A stretch of DNA of 64,000 nt, from IMG/VR virus record IMGVR_UViG_3300027759_000005, positions 1,843 to 65,842 of that record; one strand, 5' to 3'. Source of the DNA: a virus. Its lineage: Duplodnaviria > Caudoviricetes. The notes beneath the pieces are model-generated. The model was given only the letters and a program-made list of their open reading frames with translations. It searched no databases and was not told the origin of the DNA. Position numbers and translations under genes: made by a program. This document shows, in pieces, positions 51,218-61,468 of the stretch; the first letter of the stretch is position 1, and the number at the start of each line of letters is the position of its first letter.

Positions 51218-51676
51218 TTATTCGTCTTCAACATCTAAACGTCCAAGTAATTTTAATTTTTCGTTATAAGAATCTTCGTAAGATTTAATTTCGCCTTTTA
51301 CTTTTTGCTTTCTTTTTTCAACTCTATCAATTCTATTGTTTAGTCTCTGTTGCTTTTTAGATGTATCTGTTCCATTATAAAAATCACCATATTCTAAAGC
51401 TCCTTCTTTTGTTCTTAATTTTTCTTCTCTCTTCTCTAGACGTTTTTCTCTCTTTTTATTCATCTTGTTTTTTTCACCAGGAGTAATAGTACTTATCGCT
51501 GATCCAATAGATTGTCCAAAAGACGCGATACCTGCCGCGATACCAGAATCATCATAAACTGCTTCTGGATTGTATCCACCTTGTGAATATGCTCCATTTT
51601 CATCTCCTTGTGCAACTATACTTCTTTGCAATTTAAAAGGAGAACTAGAGTTTCTTTTAACTAGATTTAAAGACAT
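51218..51676 (-). CDS. basic putative internal virion protein
   Basis: SSPFKLQ N-terminal motif; charged coiled coil. Confidence 0.6.
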   Translation of the reverse strand: MSLNLVKRNSSSPFKLQRSIVAQGDENGAYSQGGYNPEAVYDDSGIAAGIASFGQSIGSAISTITPGEKNKMNKKREKRLEKREEKLRTKEGALEYGDFYNGTDTSKKQQRLNNRIDRVEKRKQKVKGEIKSYEDSYNEKLKLLGRLDVEDE

Positions 51677-51680
51677 GATA

Positions 51681-51899
51681 TTAAAATTTACCTTTTGCTT
51701 TTTTAGTTATTGGACCTGGAGAACACGTCGGGTCATCAAATCTTAATTTTATTCCGTTTTTACCAGAACTAGATCCTTTTCCTTTTGGATAACCAGTTGT
51801 ATCAAATGGTCCGTCCCAAAGAGCATTAGCTCCTACTCCTGACATTTTAGCTTCCTTATCAAAAGAAGTCATTGGGTGTTTTATTTCTTTTATATTCAT
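51681..51899 (-). CDS. hypothetical protein (G..A.WDGP...GKGSSSG)
   Basis: ORF in the late operon. Confidence 0.6.
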   Translation of the reverse strand: MNIKEIKHPMTSFDKEAKMSGVGANALWDGPFDTTGYPKGKGSSSGKNGIKLRFDDPTCSPGPITKKAKGKF

Positions 51900-51904
51900 A
51901 GTTA

Positions 51905-52597
51905 TTAATTTGAAAGACCGTAATAAGGTGCTAGTGAATCTGTTTGTACTCCATTTGGATTAGGTAACGGTGACATAGCACTGTCAACATCCGGTATCAT
52001 TGGAGAGTTTGTACTTTGATCATTTAATGGGTTCATTTGTTGACCAGTCATAGGATCTACATCTACTTGTGCAAGTGGAGTATTTGAATATGAACTATTA
52101 AAAATTCTTTGAACATTATCCATATTTGAAAAACCTCTAGGATTAATAGGCGCCATTGGTCTAGGACCAGTTGTATTATCGTAACTCATACCGTTTCTAT
52201 TATTTATTGTATTTCTTATGTATCTTGGATTTCCTCTAACAACACTTGATTGTGGTTGTGATGTTTGATTTGGTCTTGGAGTAGTTGTAAAACCACTTGG
52301 ATTTTGTAAGTTTCTAACAGCTTGATTCATACTTGCTTGGTTTGCTACTCCTGCAACAGAACTAAAAGCACTATTCATAAAACCAGTAGTAGGTTGATAT
52401 GATTGATTAGCACTTGTATTAACAACTTGAGATGGAAAAGCTTGATTAGCAGCTGTTTGAGCAGCGTTTAATGTATTACTCATTACAGTTCCATTAGACT
52501 GATTAGGTTGAGCAGCGTTGGCAGCTCCCATAGCAGTCGTTAACAAACCACTTGCCATAGTTTGTTTAAATGGTGTATTTTTTTTATTAAAACTCAT
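51905..52597 (-). CDS. low-complexity N/Q/P/M-rich putative internal protein
   Basis: MSFNKKNTPFKQ start; TPLAQ. Confidence 0.6.
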   Translation of the reverse strand: MSFNKKNTPFKQTMASGLLTTAMGAANAAQPNQSNGTVMSNTLNAAQTAANQAFPSQVVNTSANQSYQPTTGFMNSAFSSVAGVANQASMNQAVRNLQNPSGFTTTPRPNQTSQPQSSVVRGNPRYIRNTINNRNGMSYDNTTGPRPMAPINPRGFSNMDNVQRIFNSSYSNTPLAQVDVDPMTGQQMNPLNDQSTNSPMIPDVDSAMSPLPNPNGVQTDSLAPYYGLSN

Positions 52598-53042
52598 TGT
52601 TTCTTGTTTTATCTTTGTTAGTGTTTTCTATAGCAGTGATCATAACGGTATCAGTATACGTTTTTCCACTCATTATAGAATTTCTATGACTAGTAGGTAT
52701 ATCTTCTATCCCTAACATTATACGGTACATTTTACTTATTAGTTGTTTACACTTAAATGAAACTTTATATATGTTATATTTTTGAGTTGTATGGTTTCTT
52801 TCTCTCCATACCGTTATCCACCCATTTTTTAATAAATCGTTCCAGCGTCTATTGTTCCAACTATATGTATAAGTACCTGTTTTAAAGTCTTGTTTAGTGA
52901 AGAATTCCATGCAATCTAGATAAATAAGAAGTTCTAAATCTGCATCTGATAAATCATTGTTTTTACAAGCCCATTTTCTTATTATTCTATAATGTTTTAG
53001 TAAACCTAAATCTTTTATATCTCTTGGTTCTAAACGTGTCAT
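52587..53042 (-). CDS. winged-helix-like conserved protein
   Basis: LSDADLELLIYL...L..GWI.V...Y.VS.K pattern. Confidence 0.5.
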   Translation of the reverse strand: MTRLEPRDIKDLGLLKHYRIIRKWACKNNDLSDADLELLIYLDCMEFFTKQDFKTGTYTYSWNNRRWNDLLKNGWITVWRERNHTTQKYNIYKVSFKCKQLISKMYRIMLGIEDIPTSHRNSIMSGKTYTDTVMITAIENTNKDKTRNNEF

Positions 53043-53299
53043 AAAACAACAACTACATCACCTAATTTTATAACATGGTATGTTTGCTTGTCTTTTTCTA
53101 TTTTATGTCCAGCGTGTCTATCATAAAATATGAAATCACCTTCTTTTATACCAACAATCTCTTCTCCTACTTTAATAACTTTTGCTTCGACATATCTTAT
53201 GTCCTCTCTTTGATTTTCAGCTAATAGAAGTCCTCCTTTTGTTTCTTTTACTCCTTCTTTTATCTTTTCTATAATCAAGAATTTACCTATTGCTCTCAT
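53039..53299 (-). CDS. groES: co-chaperonin GroES
   Basis: ETKGGLLL mobile loop, VIKVGE, IKEGD.I.Y; adjacent to groEL. Confidence 0.85.
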   Translation of the reverse strand: MRAIGKFLIIEKIKEGVKETKGGLLLAENQREDIRYVEAKVIKVGEEIVGIKEGDFIFYDRHAGHKIEKDKQTYHVIKLGDVVVVL

Positions 53300-54843
53300 T
53301 ATGCTCTTAAATTATTAATTACACAATCAGTTGACAATATTGTTGTGGCTACAGAAGCAGCGTTTCTTAAAGCACTTTTTGTAACTAACAAAGGATCAAT
53401 AATACCCGCTTCAATCATATTCACGGTTTCACCTGTTATTACATTGAGACCATACCCAACTTTTGATATTGTTTCTATTGAAGCATGCTCAATACCCGCG
53501 TTATCTAATATAGTTTTAAATGGTGCTCTTATTGAATCTAAAAGTATCTCTTCTCCCGTAGAAAAAGAATCTATATTATGAGAAGCGTTTAATAAAGCAA
53601 TTCCTCCACCTGGAACAATTCCTTCTTTAATAGCTGCTTTTGTAGCACAAATAGCATCTTCTATTCTATCGGCTTTTTCTTTTAGTTCTATTTCTGAATT
53701 AGCACCAACTTTTACTAAAGCTATTTTTGCTGTTAATCTTGCTAATCTTTTTTCTAGTTTTATAACTGCATTAGCGTCTTTTGTTTTTGATAAAGAATTA
53801 TTAATATCATCTATAATAACTTTTACCTCATCTTTTGTTTCTCCTACATGTAGGATTGTTTCTTCATGATTTGTAATCGACTTAATACATGTTCCAAGCA
53901 TTTCTGGTTGAATTAAATCTAAATCATCACCTAGATCTTCATTTATTAATGTTGCTCCAGTTAACAAAGCCAAATCATCAAAAATCTCTTTTCTATTTAC
54001 TCCATAAACAGGAGCGTCAATAACATTTACTTTTATATTACCTTTAGATTTATTCATTGCTAAAGTAGCTAATGGAACTTGTTCCATATCAGCTATAATA
54101 AGTAAAGATTTATTGTGTTTTATAATATACTCTAATACTGATTGAATTTGTCTTATATTTTCTATAGGCGATTCAACTAGTAAGACTAAAGGATTATCTA
54201 GTTCTGCTGTTTTATTTTTTTGATTAGTAATAAAATGTGAGTTCTTTAAACCCATGCTACATTGAACTCCCTCTACTACTTGCAGACTACATTCTGCATC
54301 TTGAGTGGTTTCCATCATAACAATACCAGTATTACCAACTGATCTAAAAGCGTCACCAACTAGTTTTCCTAGTTCTGAATCGTTGTTTGTAGAAATTGCA
54401 GCTATTTGATCTAGCATTTTGTCATCTACTACAATAGAGTTTTCCTCTAAGTATTTTACAACTTTTTCAACAGCTTTGTTAATACCTTCTTTAATACTTC
54501 TAGCGTTAGGATTTTCTACTGCATAAGCATTTTTTAAAATAGCATGAGCTAATACCGTTGCTGTAGTGGTGCCATCACCAGCTTCTCTAACTGTTTTTCT
54601 TGCCGCTTCCTTTAATAATGTTGCTCCCATATTTTCTACAGGATCTAGTAAAATGATTGAATCAGCTACTGAAACACCGTCTTTTGTGATAACAGGTTTA
54701 CCAAAAGAATCTTCAAGTAATACACATTTACCACTTGCCCCTAGAGTAGAACTTACTGCTTTAGATAATTTTTCAATTCCAGCAAACACTTTGTCGCTTG
54801 CGTCTTTTCCGAAGTTTAAATTTTTAACTATTCCGTCTGACAT
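53299..54843 (-). CDS. groEL: chaperonin GroEL
   Basis: TKDGVSVA, AGDGTTTATVLA, EGIVPGGG, GIIDP. Confidence 0.95.
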   Translation of the reverse strand: MSDGIVKNLNFGKDASDKVFAGIEKLSKAVSSTLGASGKCVLLEDSFGKPVITKDGVSVADSIILLDPVENMGATLLKEAARKTVREAGDGTTTATVLAHAILKNAYAVENPNARSIKEGINKAVEKVVKYLEENSIVVDDKMLDQIAAISTNNDSELGKLVGDAFRSVGNTGIVMMETTQDAECSLQVVEGVQCSMGLKNSHFITNQKNKTAELDNPLVLLVESPIENIRQIQSVLEYIIKHNKSLLIIADMEQVPLATLAMNKSKGNIKVNVIDAPVYGVNRKEIFDDLALLTGATLINEDLGDDLDLIQPEMLGTCIKSITNHEETILHVGETKDEVKVIIDDINNSLSKTKDANAVIKLEKRLARLTAKIALVKVGANSEIELKEKADRIEDAICATKAAIKEGIVPGGGIALLNASHNIDSFSTGEEILLDSIRAPFKTILDNAGIEHASIETISKVGYGLNVITGETVNMIEAGIIDPLLVTKSALRNAASVATTILSTDCVINNLRA

Positions 54844-54897
54844 GATTTAATTTAATTAGATTGATATATGTATTATATCACTTGTTTTTATGTTTTT

Positions 54898-55032
54898 TTA
54901 CCTTCCTTGACCTCTATAACTTTTTTTATATAGTTTTGAAGATTTTAAACTTGATGTTTTTGTTTTAGCATGAACACCAGGTCTTGATATGCTTTTTACA
55001 GTGCGTTCAATAGTCGTCGTCTGTTTCGCCAT
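54898..55032 (-). CDS. small basic protein ending KKSYRGQGR (likely start 55032)
   Basis: C-terminal YRGQG[RK] motif seen in small phage proteins. Confidence 0.55.
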   Translation of the reverse strand: MAKQTTTIERTVKSISRPGVHAKTKTSSLKSSKLYKKSYRGQGR

Positions 55033-55484
55033 AATAAATATATAATTAGTATTAATATTAACCAGCAGATTATCCACCAATAATTTGCTTTTTTATCTAT
55101 TTTTTTTGTTTTACCAATTACACTTTCTCTCACAGACGATTTAGACACTCCTACGGAATCCGTACGTTTAATATTAGACTCTGTCTTGTTATTTCTATAC
55201 GTAGTATTAACTTTATTTTTTTTTATCTTTAAAGACACGTTTTTATAAATCTTTCCATCTATAACCATCTCTTTAGTAGAATCTAAAGGTTCAATACAAA
55301 TTTCATCTGTATTTGTTTCTATGGTTATATTTGTTGAATCAACTACATTTTTTGTCTCTAAAGTTTTTACTTCAGCTTTTACTTCTACAACGCTATCTTT
55401 TTTTATTTCTATTTTGCTTACATCAACTTTACGGGAAGCGCAGGATGTTAAGACTATTAATAATAATAGTATAAGTTTTTTCAT
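54996..55484 (-). CDS. lipoprotein, probable unimolecular spanin
   Basis: Lipobox LTSC after signal peptide plus C-terminal TM helix; in the lysis cluster. Confidence 0.6.
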   Translation of the reverse strand: MKKLILLLLIVLTSCASRKVDVSKIEIKKDSVVEVKAEVKTLETKNVVDSTNITIETNTDEICIEPLDSTKEMVIDGKIYKNVSLKIKKNKVNTTYRNNKTESNIKRTDSVGVSKSSVRESVIGKTKKIDKKANYWWIICWLILILIIYLLWRNRRRLLNAL

Positions 55485-55486
55485 TA

Positions 55487-55870
55487 TTATTCAATTGTTA
55501 TAGTTATATCTTTTGCCGCTTGCATTTTTTTAAATAATTTATCAAATGCTTTTCTAGACTGTCCAATAAAGTTTTTACTTCTTACTTGACCAACCAATAT
55601 GCAACCTTCCGTGTCGTGATTAGTATTTCCGCTATGAATACGCACTCCCTCAAAATTTGGTACATTTAATAATAAAGGCATTAATTTTTTAAATCTATTA
55701 GACTGATTTATTATAACCTTATAGGCTCCTTTAGGTATCGCTGTTTCGGATTTTATTTTTACTTCTCTTTCAATATCCTCTAACGTATAACATTCAAATA
55801 CTCCGTCTATATATAGTTCACCTATAGTCGAAATATCAGTCCTGTGTATTCTTTTTACTGTTATCTTCAT
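55487..55870 (-). CDS. DUF5675-like putative endolysin
   Basis: CYTLE, TAIP.G.Y, IH.GN...DTEGCILVG. Confidence 0.7.
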   Translation of the reverse strand: MKITVKRIHRTDISTIGELYIDGVFECYTLEDIEREVKIKSETAIPKGAYKVIINQSNRFKKLMPLLLNVPNFEGVRIHSGNTNHDTEGCILVGQVRSKNFIGQSRKAFDKLFKKMQAAKDITITIE

Positions 55871-56033
55871 CTTTTTTATTTATTCTTATTTGTACCCAAT
55901 CCCATATTTTCATTGATGTATATATTATTGATATTAACAATAACATAACTTTTAATTTTGCTTCCAAATTTGTAAAACTCATCATGAGTGTTAAAGTATT
56001 TAATAAATAAACACGTAAACTAGGTTGATCCAT
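55836..56033 (-). CDS. holin-like membrane protein
   Basis: Hydrophobic helices plus basic tail; next to the endolysin candidate. Confidence 0.5.
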   Translation of the reverse strand: MDQPSLRVYLLNTLTLMMSFTNLEAKLKVMLLLISIIYTSMKIWDWVQIRINKKDEDNSKKNTQD

Positions 56034-56215
56034 TATCTTTTTAATTTATTAACAATGTCCGTAAATCCTTGAATTCCTATATATGCCGTAGCTATCATCA
56101 CCCAGTCCGATGATGTTAAATAACCTGAGAATAAACCCGCGCAAGCCACTCCAAATACAAGCAGCTTTCTACTTATCCATTTGTTTAATAATATATCTAA
56201 CTGCTCTTTGCTCAT
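56033..56215 (-). CDS. holin-like membrane protein
   Basis: SRKLLVF...W...A..YIG.QG..D two-TM pattern. Confidence 0.55.
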   Translation of the reverse strand: MSKEQLDILLNKWISRKLLVFGVACAGLFSGYLTSSDWVMIATAYIGIQGFTDIVNKLKR

Positions 56216-56218
56216 GAT

Positions 56219-56650
56219 TTATACTATAGAAGTTATTATTCCATTAACAACCGTTATTGTTTTACCATCATTTGATGTAAAAGAATTACTTGCCGCCGTT
56301 TGCAAAGCTACCGTTCCGCTAGCATTTGGTAAATTCCAAGTTCTAGAGACTAAAGCGCTACTATTAAGATAAGAAGCAAATCCACCTTGATTGTATTGGA
56401 AAGATGTTCCTTCAACTGTACCATCATCATACAATTTAGCTCCTCCATCTGTATATATACTATAAGGACCAAGATCCACATCTTGAATTGCACCTATATA
56501 TGGTACATTTCCTGCTGAATTATTTATTAAATTTACTAAATCGGAAACTAAAAATGATTTTGTAGGATTACCTGTTTCATTTATTTTTGTTCCAAGTAAT
56601 AGGTCTGTTGTTTCAATAGTAGCTTCTGGATAACTGTATAATATTGCCAT
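56219..56650 (-). CDS. short tail-fibre-related protein
   Basis: Shares MAI.YSYP N-terminus and RT..LP.ASGT.AL motif with the long fibre. Confidence 0.6.
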   Translation of the reverse strand: MAILYSYPEATIETTDLLLGTKINETGNPTKSFLVSDLVNLINNSAGNVPYIGAIQDVDLGPYSIYTDGGAKLYDDGTVEGTSFQYNQGGFASYLNSSALVSRTWNLPNASGTVALQTAASNSFTSNDGKTITVVNGIITSIV

Positions 56651-56663
56651 AATTTATTTTTGT

Positions 56664-56825
56664 TTATTGTTTGTTATAAAATGTTCTTGTTTCAAAATCA
56701 AAATAAGGATTTTCCATTTCTTCAGTTAATAGTTCATCAATTAATATTTCATTTTCTAAAACATCAATTTCTATTGCAGTTGCACAAATTAACTTACCTG
56801 TATATTTATCTATTATTGATTTCAT
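56664..56825 (-). CDS. small acidic protein (53 aa), possible fibre assembly chaperone; not in the ORF track
   Basis: [16 protein letters not shown]...PYFDFETRTFY; TAATG coupling to the fibre stop. Confidence 0.55.
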   Translation of the reverse strand: MKSIIDKYTGKLICATAIEIDVLENEILIDELLTEEMENPYFDFETRTFYNKQ

Positions 56826-59800
56826 TAGTTATTTATATTTGCCATTAAAAATGTTGAACTTTCACCTGTACTACCCATTTGAATAGTAAAAAATAAGTAT
56901 AATGTATTAGCAGTATTATAACTAGTATTAGAATAAGCTGCTGTATTTGAAATAACATCAGAAATAACAGAAGTAGCAAATGGATAACCATATAAAGTAT
57001 TACTTGCTAAAACAAAATTCCTTTGCATTAAAGCAAAAGAGTTAGCTGCTAAAAATGTAAATAAACCAATCTGTGTAGCCCCTGTTAAAGTATTTGAAGT
57101 ATTTATTTTAATACGCATACTAACATTATTTGCTGTTGCTGATTTATTTACTTGAAATAATAATCTTAATATATCATTAGTATTAAATGTACTTCCATTA
57201 ATAGTTGCTGTAGCTACAATAGTTTCTGCTACAGTTCCTGTAACAGTTGTTTGAGTAGTATTTATATATTTATAAGGAGTAAAACTTAAAGCATTTTGTT
57301 TACCGTTAAATGTACTCCAATCTGTAGAACTTAAAGCTCCTCTGTTTGTTGCAGATGCTGTTGGTACATTTAAAGTGATTACAGGAGTTGTTGTTCCTGT
57401 AGCAACTGAACTTGATAAATCAGTACCACTTGTTCCTAAAGTTAAAGCGGCTACTGATGTAACTGTTCCATTACCTTTTGCATTAAACGTACTCCAATCA
57501 GTTGAACTTAATGCTCCTCTATTTGTGGCACTTGCAGTAGGTAAATTAAATGTATGTGTTGTACCTGTGGAACTAATTCCAAAGTCTGTCCCACTTGTTC
57601 CTGTTGCTAATGTTTGTGCCGCTCCCGTTAAACTATTAATAGCAGTAATACCTGTACCAGCCATTATACCACTCTGTTGTGTAATAGTAAGTATAGTAGA
57701 TTGTATAGCAGGATGTGGATATGGACTTGTTTGAACAGTTTGAGAATATATAGACATATTAGCATCAGGACTTGCCCAATATAGTTCTATTATATCTCCT
57801 GCCACTAATTGAATAACATAATTCCAAGCGGCCATCATATATGCAGGGGAATTACCTTGTAAAGATAAATTACCTGCACTATATGGAACATCAGTTCCAT
57901 TTTTTCTTAACCAAAAGTTTGCAATATCAACACCTGCATCACTCTTATCTAATTGAGAAGAAAACTGTAAATTGTAAATACCTGTATTAGCACATACAAT
58001 TTGAGAAGTCATTGTCCCTGTATATGTAGCAGATGTCCTATTTTGTGATACCGATACCACATAAGTACCTATTCCTCCTGTACCACTTGTAAATGCAGAT
58101 ATGAAAGTCCCTGCAGTTATACTGCCACCTGTTAATACCATTCCCACTTTTAATGTTCCTGACGTAACACCTGTAACAGTTAATATAGTTCCCGCTCCTG
58201 CACCACCATTATTTATAGTTCCTGTAAAAACAGCAGTTTCTGTTTGTAAAGAAAACCCATTTGCTAAATCAGTAGTATCAAATTTTATTGCTCTTGGAGT
58301 ATTTGCAGTTGGATTATCTTGTGTAGTAGAATCTGATATTGCTAAATAGTACCCTGTAGGTGTAGCAGCTGTATTTGTTCCCCATTTTAATCCTGTTGCA
58401 GTTGTACTATCTGCTATAAGAATTTGAGTATCAAGTCCTACAGGTAGTCTTGTATTTGTTGAATTAAATGTATATAAATCACCTTTAGTGGTAAGTGGAG
58501 ATGTGCTTGTAGAAGAAAGTGTTCCTCCTGATAAAGTAAGTCCACTACCAATAGTTATTTCTTCCATTACACCTGTACCTGCGGTACTTCTACCAATAAG
58601 TTTATTTGTAGACATTGATGTGGAAATAACCGGGGTTGTTCCTCCTGTTGAGGTAATAGGACTTGTTGCAGTAACAGAAGTTACTGTCCCAACACTCCAA
58701 GTTCTATCAGCACTTAAATCATAAGCAGTTCCATTTATAGTAAGCGTTCTACTTGTTGGTACACCACCTAATCCACTTAATGTATATGTAGGGACATTTA
58801 AAACCCCTGCTGTTAAAGTAGAAGATCCTGATGAACCTGTTGTTGTTAACGATGTGAATGTAGCAGCGGGCGGTGTTGGTATATTTAAAGTACTACCTAT
58901 AAATGTCGCTGACCCTGATCCAGTTGTTGTAAGCGTTATTGCGTTTTGTTTTGCGTTCCAAGTACTTGAACTAGCTATTCTTGAATCAGCTAACGTTCCT
59001 GTCCAACCCATTGTTAATGATACTCCTTGTAATAATGCTGTTGAAGGAGTTCCTCCTAATGATATAGTTACATTGGTATCATTAGCACTTGTAAGGGCAG
59101 CGGGTGTTATTGATGGTATTTGCGATGTTAATGCCAAAGTCCCTGATGCATCTGGAAATTGAATTGTTCTTGCCGCTGTTGTAACTAAATCTGATTTTAA
59201 TTCAACATACCCAGTACTTCCATATGTATTTAACAATAATCCATCAGTAGCTGATAATTGGGTCTGGAAAAGTTTTCCACTAACTAGATCATCTATAGCG
59301 GAATAGAAATTATTGTAACCAATTCCTGTTTGATATATTTCACCCGCCGTTATTAATCCAACATTAGTATATTGTTGATTAAGAGTAAGTCCCTGAGAAA
59401 AACTACTACCAATAACAATTTGAGTTAGTGAGGTATTCCCAGCTGTTAGTACTTGATCAAGCGTTGGTGTTGAACCTCCTCCATAAACAGGTATGTTAAG
59501 CACATTGCTAATTAACGTGGCAGGACCAGATGAACCTGTAGTTGTTAACGTTATTTGTGAAGGTATATTACTTGTTAAAGCAATTGTTCCAGAAGCATCT
59601 GGTAATTGATATGTTCTACTAGAATTCAATAATGAAGTAGAAAAATTACCTAATATAGAGTTTGATTTATATAAACTAAACAAACCCTGTTCTGCTTTTA
59701 TTATAGAATTTGCATTTACATTTTTAAATACAAACGCATTGTTAGAAGCTGTTATTGGTAAATATGATAAATTTGATTGATCAAACAATCCAATACTACC

Positions 59801-60013
59801 AACTTCTGCACCTAGTAACGAAGTATTACCATTATGTAATACTGTATCTAGATTATTATACGATAAGTTAACAATGAACAAACCTATATCTAATATATTG
59901 AAATTTTTAGTTTCATTTATAGGTTTACCAGCATATAGTTTTGTTGACGTACCTACCAATATATCAGATGATAGTATCCCATCGTTCTGTGGATAACTAT
60001 ATACTATTGCCAT
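56825..60013 (-). CDS. long tail fibre/spike protein
   Basis: T/G/S-rich; internal repeats ([20 protein letters not shown] x2, LTTTGSSG), LTTKGDL motif. Confidence 0.75.
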   Translation of the reverse strand: MAIVYSYPQNDGILSSDILVGTSTKLYAGKPINETKNFNILDIGLFIVNLSYNNLDTVLHNGNTSLLGAEVGSIGLFDQSNLSYLPITASNNAFVFKNVNANSIIKAEQGLFSLYKSNSILGNFSTSLLNSSRTYQLPDASGTIALTSNIPSQITLTTTGSSGPATLISNVLNIPVYGGGSTPTLDQVLTAGNTSLTQIVIGSSFSQGLTLNQQYTNVGLITAGEIYQTGIGYNNFYSAIDDLVSGKLFQTQLSATDGLLLNTYGSTGYVELKSDLVTTAARTIQFPDASGTLALTSQIPSITPAALTSANDTNVTISLGGTPSTALLQGVSLTMGWTGTLADSRIASSSTWNAKQNAITLTTTGSGSATFIGSTLNIPTPPAATFTSLTTTGSSGSSTLTAGVLNVPTYTLSGLGGVPTSRTLTINGTAYDLSADRTWSVGTVTSVTATSPITSTGGTTPVISTSMSTNKLIGRSTAGTGVMEEITIGSGLTLSGGTLSSTSTSPLTTKGDLYTFNSTNTRLPVGLDTQILIADSTTATGLKWGTNTAATPTGYYLAISDSTTQDNPTANTPRAIKFDTTDLANGFSLQTETAVFTGTINNGGAGAGTILTVTGVTSGTLKVGMVLTGGSITAGTFISAFTSGTGGIGTYVVSVSQNRTSATYTGTMTSQIVCANTGIYNLQFSSQLDKSDAGVDIANFWLRKNGTDVPYSAGNLSLQGNSPAYMMAAWNYVIQLVAGDIIELYWASPDANMSIYSQTVQTSPYPHPAIQSTILTITQQSGIMAGTGITAINSLTGAAQTLATGTSGTDFGISSTGTTHTFNLPTASATNRGALSSTDWSTFNAKGNGTVTSVAALTLGTSGTDLSSSVATGTTTPVITLNVPTASATNRGALSSTDWSTFNGKQNALSFTPYKYINTTQTTVTGTVAETIVATATINGSTFNTNDILRLLFQVNKSATANNVSMRIKINTSNTLTGATQIGLFTFLAANSFALMQRNFVLASNTLYGYPFATSVISDVISNTAAYSNTSYNTANTLYLFFTIQMGSTGESSTFLMANINN

Positions 60014-60014
60014 T

Positions 60015-60182
60015 TTACTTTCCTTTTACTTTTTTAAGGTTTGGATTTGATTTTTTTGCTTTTGCCGATGCGTTTCTTGTACTATTAGCTAATATTGCTC
60101 CTGCGCTTTCTTTAGAAATACCTTGTTTTTTGGCTATACTATTTTGGGCTGCTTTAAAACCCATACCTTTTTTTTCTTTCAT
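60015..60182 (-). CDS. small basic protein (55 aa), not in the ORF track
   Basis: [20 protein letters not shown]...[22 protein letters not shown]; translated by eye. Confidence 0.65.
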   Translation of the reverse strand: MKEKKGMGFKAAQNSIAKKQGISKESAGAILANSTRNASAKAKKSNPNLKKVKGK

Positions 60183-60325
60183 TATTTCTTGGTTTTAGCT
60201 TTAATCTTTTTCTCCTCTTTAAGCATTGCTTTTGTAGGTTTTTTTCCGCTACCTCTATTTTCTCTTATATTATCCCATAGTCCGCGTCTAGACACAGATC
60301 CATCTTTTCTTTTTAACAATTCCAT
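60182..60325 (-). CDS. small basic protein (47 aa), not in the ORF track
   Basis: MELLKRKDGS.SRRGLWDNIR...GSGKKPTK.ML; TAATG coupling. Confidence 0.65.
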   Translation of the reverse strand: MELLKRKDGSVSRRGLWDNIRENRGSGKKPTKAMLKEEKKIKAKTKK

Positions 60326-60678
60326 TTATCTAAAGCTAATTTTTTTCTTGTTGGTTCTCCGTTTGGTTTAGTCATAGGACCTGGCATACCAGACATCCTA
60401 GCACAAAAAGATTTACGTCTTTTAGCATCTTTACTACCTGGTTTTAATTCAGATGGTTTTTTAGTTACAGCTGTTTGTAGTTTACTACCTGGATGTTGTG
60501 CTCTGTAACTAGCAACTCCTTTAGCATTTAACCCACCTTTTGGGTCTTTACCTTCTTTACGTGTCCAAGCAGCAGTTTTATGTAACGGACTGTGATCGCA
60601 ACCACAACCTTCTCCAATAGTATAACCATTGTTCTTGCTTACACCTAATCCTTGAGGACCTATACCTTTACTGTGCAT
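60313..60678 (-). CDS. DUF6321-like basic phage protein
   Basis: AAWTRKEGK.PKGGLN.KG..SY....PGS.L, RRKSFCARM, KWNC. Confidence 0.7.
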   Translation of the reverse strand: MHSKGIGPQGLGVSKNNGYTIGEGCGCDHSPLHKTAAWTRKEGKDPKGGLNAKGVASYRAQHPGSKLQTAVTKKPSELKPGSKDAKRRKSFCARMSGMPGPMTKPNGEPTRKKLALDKWNC

Positions 60679-60679
60679 G

Positions 60680-61468
60680 TTATTTTACTTTATAATGTTT
60701 ACCACTCTCTTTCTTAGTTCCTTCACCTTCATTACCTCTATTCTGTTTTACGCTCTCCCATCTACCATCTTCATGATCCCAATCTTTACCGTTACCTCTA
60801 GGATCTTTACGGTGCATTCTTTGAGCATGTGCTTTTTTCTTTCTTCTGTCATCTGTTTTAGCATAAGCCAAATCTCTAGCGGCTTTAGCTTTAGCAGCTT
60901 TAGGTGATAGTTTTTGCTTTTGTAAAGGGGACTTCTTTTGGTTTATAGGCGTGTTCAAAGCGGTATTTGTATCAGATACATTATCAATTGTTTTTAATGC
61001 TTTTGATAATTTAGAAACTTTTAAATAATCCGATCCAATTTTTGCCCCCTTTATAAGTTTGCCAAATTTTCCAACAACAGGTAAAGCCCCTAAAGGTTCT
61101 ATTATATCATCAGCATTAAATTGATTATCACTCCAAGCTTTCTTTACATCCCCATAAGATGACACGCCAGTAGGATCTAGTACCTGCACTGCTGACTTAA
61201 CAATAGGATGTCTATCCATCCAACTACCAATGCTTTCAGTATCACTATATATTGCTTTTCTTTTTTCACCAGTAGGGTCTAGTTTCTTTATATTAGCATT
61301 GCTTTTAGCCAAAGACTTTTGCACTTTACTATTAAAACCTTTATCAGAAGCTTTTAGCGATTCTGAGAATGATTTTTTTTGATTTAACGGTGAATCACCG
61401 ACATTTAGATTATCGTATACGTACCTAGTTTGTTCTAAAGGTGATTGAGATTTTAATTTAAAAGCCAT
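60680..61468 (-). CDS. basic protein with MAFKLK start and C-terminal HNH-like motif; first gene of the late arm
   Basis: SPLEQ/SPLNQ/TPINQ/SPLQK repeats; KDWDH.DG......NRG. Confidence 0.6.
   Translation of the reverse strand: MAFKLKSQSPLEQTRYVYDNLNVGDSPLNQKKSFSESLKASDKGFNSKVQKSLAKSNANIKKLDPTGEKRKAIYSDTESIGSWMDRHPIVKSAVQVLDPTGVSSYGDVKKAWSDNQFNADDIIEPLGALPVVGKFGKLIKGAKIGSDYLKVSKLSKALKTIDNVSDTNTALNTPINQKKSPLQKQKLSPKAAKAKAARDLAYAKTDDRRKKKAHAQRMHRKDPRGNGKDWDHEDGRWESVKQNRGNEGEGTKKESGKHYKVK

Noticed and set aside
56790-56805. CAGGTAAGT as another late-promoter box
   Set aside because: It lies inside the 53-aa ORF 56664-56825 and deviates from the consensus.
16533-60907. Many + strand ORFs inside the late arm, and - strand ORFs inside the early arm (e.g. 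323-556, 1115-1357, 7867-8181)
   Set aside because: They are antisense or alternate-frame shadows of long, well-supported genes and show no independent motifs.
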